From Anaerolineae bacterium (lineage in GTDB: Bacteria > Chloroflexota > Anaerolineae > UBA4142), in contig JAOACU010000001.1 in NCBI GenBank assembly GCA_026417715.1, positions 1 through 34,372 of the forward strand: 34,372 nt of DNA, read 5' to 3'. The position numbers and the translations under genes were made by a program. This document shows, in pieces, positions 23,952-30,477 of the stretch. Position 1 is the first letter of the stretch. Each line of letters starts with the position of its first letter. The notes under the pieces were generated by a model that worked only from the letters and a program-made list of their open reading frames with translations, searched no databases and was not told the origin of the DNA.

Positions 23952-26147
23952 ATGAAACGAATCGCAATCATATTGTTTGCCGTGATGCTGGGCTTGAGCA
24001 TTGGCTTGCCCGTCGCGCGGGTGGGTGCCGCCACTGCAACGCCCACGCGTGGTATCACTTGCAAAGCGTGCGATGAAGATTACGTGAAACCTGTGGTGAA
24101 CTTTTGGTTGTTCTACTCAGGTTACTGTCCCGATTCCATCAAATTGATGCGCGAAGTCTTGCCCGCAATTTTGTCCAAGTATCCGTCTGACCAAGTGACG
24201 GTGTATCGGTACGATTTGGACAAGGGACCTTCCGAGATGATGAGCGCGTTAGAGCGGTGGCATAACTTGCCCCCGGGCGGTCTGCCCGCCATTTTCATCG
24301 ATGAACACGCTCTGGTGGGACTTGAACCGATTCAGGAAAAATTGGAGAAACTGATTGATCATTACCTTGAGCGCGGCGGTGTGGCATTGCTCTACCCCAA
24401 TCGCGTTGCCACTCTCACTGCTACACCTACACCGACGCGCACGCCTACACCCGCGAAATCGCTAGCCGTCGTGCGCATCGTCTTTTTTTGGAGCCAGTAC
24501 TGCCCACATTGTCACTACGTCATCGAAAATGTTTTGCCGCCTCTTCAGAAAAAATACGGCGCGCAACTCGAAATTCTGATGTTCGAGTTGTCGCAACCTG
24601 AGAATGTGCAATTGTTCGAGAGCACGATGCACGCGCTACGCGTGCCACAGAGCGAATGGGGCGTGCCATTCATCATCGTCGGTAACCAAACGCTGGTCGG
24701 TTCAGTCGAAGTATCGCAGCGACTGCCGATACTCATCGAGCAGTATCTAGCGGTGGGTGGTGTGGGCTTGCCGCCCGTTCCCGAATTGGTCAAGCGCGTC
24801 GGCACGCCAATCCCAACTGCCACGCGCGCTGTCACGCCTACGCCTCCATCAACGCCAACGGTGCGCGTCGTCACCGAGACGCCGCGCGCGACGACACCTG
24901 TGTCCGTGATTGCCACGCCCGCGCCGACGCTCGTTGCGCGCGCGCCGAATCAGCCAATCGTGCGCGCGGTGATGTTTTGGATGCGTGGTTGTCCGCGTTG
25001 CGAAGAAATTATCGCGCGCGTCTTGCCACCGCTCCAGCAAAAGTACGGCGCGCAACTCGATGTGCAATTGATCGAAGTGGCAACGACGCAAGATGTGGAT
25101 CGGCTGTATCAGGTGGCGACGAATTTTGGCGTGCCCAAAGAGCAAACGGGTGTGCCGCTGTTGATCATCGGCACTCAAGCGTTGACCGCGCATCAGATTC
25201 CCAACGAACTGCCGCGCCTCATCGAAAAATACCTCGCGGCTGGCGGTGTGGACGCACCGAACTTGGACGCGCGCGTCAAAGAACGTCACTTGCTCGATGT
25301 GCCATTCGTTGGACAAATTGACCTTGATCAACATTCGCTTGCGTTCAGTACGCTTCTCATCGGCTTGCTGGACGGGTTCAATCCGTGTTCGCTGTGGGTG
25401 ATTTCGCTCCTGCTCGCGCTCGTCGTCAACACAGGATCGCGCGCCAAAACTCTGCTCGTCGGTTCGACGTTTCTGATTGTGGCGGCAGGTATCTACGCGG
25501 TCATCATCATCGGCTTGTTCAGCGCGTTCACGTTCATCGGCTATGCGTTGTGGATTCGCATTGCGGTCGCGCTGATTGCAGGCGCGATGGCGGCAATCAA
25601 CATCAAGGATTATTTCTGGTTCAAGCGCGGCGTGTCGCTGACGATTGCGGATGAACACAAGCCGAAGATTTATCGCGACATTCGTAGCATTCTTGCACCC
25701 GACAAGTCTGCGCTTGCGCTTGTTGGCGCGACGGGAGCGATGGCACTCGGCATCACGATTATCGAAATGCCGTGCACGGCGGGTTTGCCGATTTTGTGGA
25801 CCAAACTCATCGCGGCGAACAATGTCGGCGCGGTGATGTTCGCGTTTCTACTCGGCTTGTATCTGCTGATGTACGTCCTCGACGAGTTGTTGGTGTTCAT
25901 CTCGGCGGTCGTCACGCTACGCGCGACGCGCTTGGAAGAAAAACAAGGACGCATCTTGAAACTCATCGGTGGAATCGTGATGCTGGCGCTCGCGCTGGTG
26001 TTGCTCGTGGATCCAACGTTGATGGACAGTGTCGTCAATTCGATGATGGTGTTTGGCGTGGCATTTCTCGTTGCGCTCGCGATTTTGGTCGTGCATCGCA
26101 AAATTTTGCCACGCTGGGGAATTGTGCTTGGAACGGAGGAATTGTAA
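23952..26147 (+). CDS. secreted triple thioredoxin-fold domain protein fused to a DsbD/CcdA-like transmembrane thiol-disulfide transfer domain
   Basis: Signal peptide MKRIAIILFAVMLGLSIGLPVARVGA. Three paralogous ~100-aa units carry CPDS (degenerate), CPHC and CPRC motifs, separated by Pro/Thr linkers. The C-terminal 6-TM-like domain has LLDGFNPC and EMPCTAGLP motifs. ATG 23952 has AGGAG upstream. Confidence 0.8.
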   Translation: MKRIAIILFAVMLGLSIGLPVARVGAATATPTRGITCKACDEDYVKPVVNFWLFYSGYCPDSIKLMREVLPAILSKYPSDQVTVYRYDLDKGPSEMMSALERWHNLPPGGLPAIFIDEHALVGLEPIQEKLEKLIDHYLERGGVALLYPNRVATLTATPTPTRTPTPAKSLAVVRIVFFWSQYCPHCHYVIENVLPPLQKKYGAQLEILMFELSQPENVQLFESTMHALRVPQSEWGVPFIIVGNQTLVGSVEVSQRLPILIEQYLAVGGVGLPPVPELVKRVGTPIPTATRAVTPTPPSTPTVRVVTETPRATTPVSVIATPAPTLVARAPNQPIVRAVMFWMRGCPRCEEIIARVLPPLQQKYGAQLDVQLIEVATTQDVDRLYQVATNFGVPKEQTGVPLLIIGTQALTAHQIPNELPRLIEKYLAAGGVDAPNLDARVKERHLLDVPFVGQIDLDQHSLAFSTLLIGLLDGFNPCSLWVISLLLALVVNTGSRAKTLLVGSTFLIVAAGIYAVIIIGLFSAFTFIGYALWIRIAVALIAGAMAAINIKDYFWFKRGVSLTIADEHKPKIYRDIRSILAPDKSALALVGATGAMALGITIIEMPCTAGLPILWTKLIAANNVGAVMFAFLLGLYLLMYVLDELLVFISAVVTLRATRLEEKQGRILKLIGGIVMLALALVLLVDPTLMDSVVNSMMVFGVAFLVALAILVVHRKILPRWGIVLGTEEL

Positions 26148-26186
26148 ATTGTAGGGGCGAGTCAGCGACTCGCCCTTACAATTTTT
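26148..26186. terminator. bidirectional rho-independent terminator between convergent genes
   Basis: attgtaggggcgagtc-agc-gactcgcccttacaat is a 16-bp stem with one G:T, followed by ttttt on the + strand. Confidence 0.75.
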
Positions 26187-27270
26187 ATGATCGCACAGGG
26201 ATATTTTCGCTGGGGATGACATCGCCTTGCGCGGCGCGTGTGTTCAACACGCTGATTGCCGCCGCGACTTTTTGTGCAAGGGTCTCGAACGGCAACGCGT
26301 ACGGCGAATCGGGCGCGATGGCAGTAACCGGCTGACCATTGTCGCTGCCGGCGCGAATGGCCACGTCGAGTGGAATCGCGCCGAGAAACGGTCCGCCGAG
26401 TTCTTGCGCCAGTTGCTCCGCGCCGCCGTGCGCAAAAATTTCGGTGCGTTGCTGGCAGTGCGGGCAAATAAAGTACGACATATTTTCGACGACACCGAGC
26501 ACCGGCACATCCAAACGTCGAAACATCGTGATTCCCTTGACGACATCGGCAAGTGCGACGGGTTGCGGCGTTGCCACAACGACACCGCCGGTCAACGGTA
26601 CGGATTGCGCGAGCGAAATTTGCACATCGCCGGTGCCAGGGGGCAAGTCAATCACGAGATAGTCGAGTTCGCCCCATTCGACATCGGTGAGGAATTGGCG
26701 AATCGTGTTGTGCAACATCGGTCCGCGCCAAATCACGGCTTGATCGGGTGGCACGAGAAAGCCCATTGACATCAACTTGATGCCGTACGCCTCCAGCGGG
26801 ATGATGCGCTGACCGATGACGCGCGGTGGTTGACTGATGCCCATCATAATCGGGATGTTGGGACCATAAACATCGGCGTCCATCAAGCCGACCTGCGCGC
26901 CACTCTGTGCCAGCGCGATTGCCAGATTGACCGCGACGGTGGTTTTGCCCACGCCACCTTTGCCGCTGGCAATCGCGATCGTAGATTTGACGGGAATGTT
27001 GATTTGACTGCTGATACGCCGATCACTGGGCACGCTGGCATCGAATTTGATGTTGACGGGATTGGCACCGATGCGTTCCACCGCCGCGCGCGCTTCGGCT
27101 TCGATGCGACTACGCAAGGGGCACGCGGGCGTGGTCAACACAATCGTAAAACTGACCGCATTGTTGCAAATCTTGATGTCTTTTATCATATTCAACGAAA
27201 CCAGGTCGCGATGCAACTCTGGTTCCTGCACTTGTCGCAGAGCGTCGAGTACTTGTTGTTCGGTAAGCAT
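26185..27270 (-). CDS. Mrp/NBP35-family Fe-S cluster carrier ATPase (ApbC-like) with an N-terminal DUF59/MIP18 domain
   Basis: Deviant Walker A is ASGKGGVGKTT, followed by DLPPGTGD and the CPHCQ cluster-ligand motif. ATG 27268-27270 has GGGAGA upstream. The tracked TTG at 27282 is less likely. Confidence 0.9.
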   Translation of the reverse strand: MLTEQQVLDALRQVQEPELHRDLVSLNMIKDIKICNNAVSFTIVLTTPACPLRSRIEAEARAAVERIGANPVNIKFDASVPSDRRISSQINIPVKSTIAIASGKGGVGKTTVAVNLAIALAQSGAQVGLMDADVYGPNIPIMMGISQPPRVIGQRIIPLEAYGIKLMSMGFLVPPDQAVIWRGPMLHNTIRQFLTDVEWGELDYLVIDLPPGTGDVQISLAQSVPLTGGVVVATPQPVALADVVKGITMFRRLDVPVLGVVENMSYFICPHCQQRTEIFAHGGAEQLAQELGGPFLGAIPLDVAIRAGSDNGQPVTAIAPDSPYALPFETLAQKVAAAISVLNTRAAQGDVIPSENIPVRS

Positions 27271-27285
27271 TGTTTCTCCCAAGTG

Positions 27286-27398
27286 AATCAGTAAACCAGT
27301 AAATCAGTGAGACAGTGGGACGGTGAGACAGTGAGACAGTGCCCGACCTTACTGTCCCTCTGTTCCACTGTTCTACCGTCCAACTGTCTTACTGTTCC
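27286..27398. repeat. inverted pair of octamer arrays (GAGACAGT x~7 / ACTGTCYY x~6)
   Basis: aatcagt aaaccagt aaatcagt gagacagt gggacggt gagacagt gagacagt, then gcccgacctt, then actgtccc tctgttcc actgttct accgtcca actgtctt actgttcc. It can fold as a long imperfect hairpin. Confidence 0.88.
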
Positions 27399-27682
27399 AC
27401 CGCGCGCTCACCAATCATCCACCGCGCGTCCACGTAACGGGCATAGCCCCACGCTTGCAAATTCTTGATGGCGCGGTCAATCGCGCGCGCGTCATCGGCT
27501 TCCCAAACCTCGATGAACGCGCCTGGTGTTGACGTCAACCGATAGCCGAGTAGCGGAGTCAGATTGCAGACGCTCAACGTTCTACCCACACGTTCGATGA
27601 AACTATGTTTTTGTTCGGTGGTCAACGTTTGCCAATCGTCGGTATAGCGCCCGATGATGATGAGCGCGGTTCGCGTACGCAT
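27389..27682 (-). CDS. small hypothetical protein (about 97 aa), family not recognised
   Basis: The ORF has ATG at 27680-27682 and GGAG just upstream, and its composition is globular-looking. The tracked TTG start at 27697 lies inside the ssb terminator hairpin. Confidence 0.55.
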   Translation of the reverse strand: MRTRTALIIIGRYTDDWQTLTTEQKHSFIERVGRTLSVCNLTPLLGYRLTSTPGAFIEVWEADDARAIDRAIKNLQAWGYARYVDARWMIGERAVEQ

Positions 27683-27695
27683 TTTCTCCACTGAC

Positions 27696-27725
27696 AAAAG
27701 AGCCGCTTGGTGTCAAGCGGCTCTT
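27696..27725 (-). terminator. rho-independent terminator downstream of ssb
   Basis: aagagccgcttg-gtgt-caagcggctctt is a perfect 12-bp stem, with a T-run on the minus strand immediately after it. Confidence 0.65.
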
Positions 27726-27740
27726 GCAATAGCACCAGCG

Positions 27741-28178
27741 TTAGAACGGTACTTCGTCATTATTGCTCGTCAGTTCATCTACGTCAGGTAGAGCGGCTGA
27801 ACCGTTGGTTGTCCCAGTGCTTGCGGTGGCTTCGCGCTTGCTCTCCATAAAGCGCACGGTGTAGGCGCGCACTTCAAACGAGGCGCGCGGTTTGCCATCT
27901 CGATCCGTCCAGATGCGCGGACCACCATTTTCATCGCCAATCAAACTACCTTCCACGAGCACGCGTCGTCCTTTGGTCAAATACTGATTCGCGATCTCGG
28001 CTTGCTTGCCCCACACCGAAACACGAAACCAAACCGTTTCTTCTTTTTGTTGTCCGTCGGCTGTAGTGTAGCGACGATTCGTTGCAACAGGAAACGAAGT
28101 GACCGGTGTGCCCTGTGGTGTGTAACGCATCTCAGGGTCGCGTCCCAAGTACCCAACCAGAACAAGTCGTTGATACAT
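27741..28178 (-). CDS. ssb: single-stranded DNA-binding protein
   Basis: The OB-fold N-terminus is LVGYLGRDPEMRYTPQG..V..F.VA. A Gly/Thr-rich linker follows, and the acidic tail ends NNDEVPF. Confidence 0.92.
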   Translation of the reverse strand: MYQRLVLVGYLGRDPEMRYTPQGTPVTSFPVATNRRYTTADGQQKEETVWFRVSVWGKQAEIANQYLTKGRRVLVEGSLIGDENGGPRIWTDRDGKPRASFEVRAYTVRFMESKREATASTGTTNGSAALPDVDELTSNNDEVPF

Positions 28179-28272
28179 TTTTGTCTCCTCCTTACTAAAC
28201 CAAATACCCCAACTCGCGGTGCTTGTTCGCGATTATAGCATTCATTCGTGACATTGGCAAGCGGGGATCGCT

Positions 28273-28419
28273 CAATGAGCCAATTGCCCAATTGACCAAT
28301 GAGCCAAAAGGACGAAGAACGAAAGACGGAGGACGAAAAGATTTGGCTCATTGGCTCATTGGTTCATTGGCTCATTGACTCATTGGTTCATTGGCTCATT
28401 GATTCATTGGCTCATTGAC
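28273..28419. repeat. composite array: CAATGAGC x4, then GGACGAA x4, then GCTCATTG x~9 (outer arrays inverted)
   Basis: caatgagc caattgcc caattgac caatgagc, then aaaaggacgaagaacgaaagacggaggacgaaaag, then ggctcattg gctcattg gttcattg gctcattg actcattg gttcattg gctcattg attcattg gctcattg. Confidence 0.9.
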
Positions 28420-30393
28420 GAACTGCCGTTCGTACAACTGCCGATACAAGCCGCCCAGCGCGAGCAACTCGTCGTGCGTGCCGCGCTCGACGATGCGCCC
28501 GTCGTTCACGACGCAAATCAAATCCGCATTCCGAATCGTCGAGAGACGATGCGCGATCACGATGGCGGTGCGCCCAACGAGTAAACGCGCGAGTGCGTCT
28601 TGAATCAGTACTTCGGTCAGCGTGTCCACGCTCGCGGTCGCTTCGTCGAGAATCAGGATGCGCGGATTCGCGAGTACCGCGCGCGCGATGCAAATCAACT
28701 GTCGCTGTCCCACTGAAAGATTCACACCGCCTTCGAGGATTTCGGTGTCGTAGCCAGCGGGGAGCGCGGCGATAAAGTCGTGCGCGTTGGCAAGGCGCGC
28801 CGCGTCTTCGATTTCGCGTGGTGTAGCGTCGGGATGCCCAAAGCGAATGTTGTCAGCAATCGTTCCTGCGAACAGGAACGGTTCTTGCGGCACGATGCCC
28901 GTTTGTCGTCGCAGTGAGCGTTGTGTGACCGCGCGCACATCGTAGCCGTCAATCAACACTGCGCCCGCGCTCACATCGTACAGACGCGCGATGAGATTGG
29001 CGATGGACGTTTTGCCCGCGCCAGTGGGACCGACGAGCGCGATGGTTTGACCGGGTTCGATGACGAGATTCACGTCGCGCAAGACGTAATTTGGAGCCAC
29101 AGGGGACACAGAGGACACAGAGAATTTTTCCTCTGTGTTTTCTGTGGCAGAACGGGGATACGCGAACGACACGTCGCGCAGGACGTAATTTGAAACCACA
29201 GGGGACACAGAGGGCGCAGGAGAAATTCTTTTCTCTGTGTTCCCTGTGTCCTCTGTGGCAAACTTGCGATACGCGAACGATACATTCCGCAATTCGATGC
29301 GTCCGACGATGGGCGGCATTTCGATTGCATCGCGCGCGTCGCGCACATCGGGTTGCGTATCGAGCAATTCCAACACGCGCTCGCCGCCTGCCATCGCGGC
29401 TTGCATCGTCGTGTAAAGTTGACTCAACTCTTGAATCGGCTGAAAGAATCGCGTGACGTACGCGAGGAACGCAACGACCACCCCGAGCGTGATTTCCTCG
29501 CCAATCACTGCGAGACCACCGAACCACAAGACGATGCCCGTCGCCAGCATTCCCAAAAATTCGACCGTCGGCAAAAAGATGAACGAGAGCGTCATCGCCG
29601 CAACGTGCGCGTCACGATTCGCGCGATTCACCTCGTCGAAATGTTCTTGCGACGATTCCTCTTGCGCGAACGCTTGAATCACGCGCATCCCACTGATATT
29701 CTCGGCGAGATCGCCAACAACTGCCGCGATGCGCGCACGCGTCTCGCGAAACGCCACTTGGGCTTGACGCGCAAAGAGCCACGTGGCTAGCACCATCAAC
29801 GGTAGAACGCAAAACGTGATGAGTGCGAGGCGCGGACTCATCGAGAGCATCACCGCGACGATACCAACGAGCACGACCGCGTCACCCGCAAACGTCACCA
29901 CGCCTTGCGACAAGAGATCGTTGATGACGGAAACATCGTTGATGACGCGTGAAATCGTCACGCCGACGATGTGTGTATCGTGATAACCGAGCGGGAGGGT
30001 TTGTAGATGCCGAAACAGTTGCGCGCGCAAAGTTGCTAGAACTTGCTGACCGACCCACGCAAGGATGTATTGCAACAACGCCGTCGTTGCGTAGATCGCG
30101 AGGAAAACACCTGCGAGTGCAAGCGCAACGCGCGCGAGTCCTGCCGCATCGCCGCGCGCAATGTGCTCGTCAATCGCGACCTTGATGAGGTACGGCGCGC
30201 TGAGCGTCAACGCCGATGAAATCAGCACGAGCGCGATCGCGAGCGTCATCTTGCGCCAATGCGGACGCAAGTACGTGAGTAACCGCGCGACGATGCGCGG
30301 ATCGAACGAATGTGCTTCTTTGTGTTGTCCAAAATCTTCCAAAGCACTGCGCGGTCCCATTCCCGCGCTGGCTGCACCGATGGAGATGGTCAT
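28396..30393 (-). CDS. ABC exporter, fused permease/ATPase (MsbA/MdlB-like half transporter), carrying an in-frame repeat insertion in the NBD
   Basis: A six-helix TMD is followed by an NBD with GPTGAGKTS, LSVGQRQL and ILILDEATASVD. The insertion lies between the VSFAY (A-loop) and VLRDV segments. Confidence 0.9.
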   Translation of the reverse strand: MTISIGAASAGMGPRSALEDFGQHKEAHSFDPRIVARLLTYLRPHWRKMTLAIALVLISSALTLSAPYLIKVAIDEHIARGDAAGLARVALALAGVFLAIYATTALLQYILAWVGQQVLATLRAQLFRHLQTLPLGYHDTHIVGVTISRVINDVSVINDLLSQGVVTFAGDAVVLVGIVAVMLSMSPRLALITFCVLPLMVLATWLFARQAQVAFRETRARIAAVVGDLAENISGMRVIQAFAQEESSQEHFDEVNRANRDAHVAAMTLSFIFLPTVEFLGMLATGIVLWFGGLAVIGEEITLGVVVAFLAYVTRFFQPIQELSQLYTTMQAAMAGGERVLELLDTQPDVRDARDAIEMPPIVGRIELRNVSFAYRKFATEDTGNTEKRISPAPSVSPVVSNYVLRDVSFAYPRSATENTEEKFSVSSVSPVAPNYVLRDVNLVIEPGQTIALVGPTGAGKTSIANLIARLYDVSAGAVLIDGYDVRAVTQRSLRRQTGIVPQEPFLFAGTIADNIRFGHPDATPREIEDAARLANAHDFIAALPAGYDTEILEGGVNLSVGQRQLICIARAVLANPRILILDEATASVDTLTEVLIQDALARLLVGRTAIVIAHRLSTIRNADLICVVNDGRIVERGTHDELLALGGLYRQLYERQFVNEPMNQ
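29071..29280. repeat. tandem duplication (99 bp + 111 bp) of a palindromic CCACAG(A/G)GGACACAGAG element with flanking host codons, in frame within the ABC gene
   Basis: Both units begin cacgtcgcgcaRgacgtaattt and end ..tacgcgaacga. Each has a central inverted repeat, for example cacagaggacacagag-aatttttc-ctctgtgttttctgtgg. Both unit lengths are multiples of 3. Confidence 0.85.
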
Positions 30394-30477
30394 AGAGATT
30401 GGAGATTAGAGATTAGTGATTGGTGATTAGGTGATTGGGTGATTGGGTGATTGGGTGATTCGTCCTTCGTCTTTCCG
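30394..30477. repeat. tandem 7/8-mer array GATTRGW to GATTGGGT, followed by CGTCCTT-type units
   Basis: gattgga gattaga gattagt gattggt gattaggt gattgggt x3, then gattcgtccttcgtctttccg. It spans the gap between the two ABC exporter genes and contains the TAA stop of the upstream one. Confidence 0.9.

Noticed and set aside
24849-25658. 269-aa minus-strand ORF. The plus-strand ORFs 8216..8914 and 4296..4889 are similar cases.
   Set aside because: Each is antisense to a gene with clear family motifs (the Trx/DsbD fusion, thpR and the M24 peptidase). These are typical GC-rich shadow ORFs.
2513-30477. Short-repeat arrays read as CRISPR arrays.
   Set aside because: The units are only 7-10 bp, directly abutting and degenerate, with no unique spacers and no cas genes. 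They are not CRISPR.
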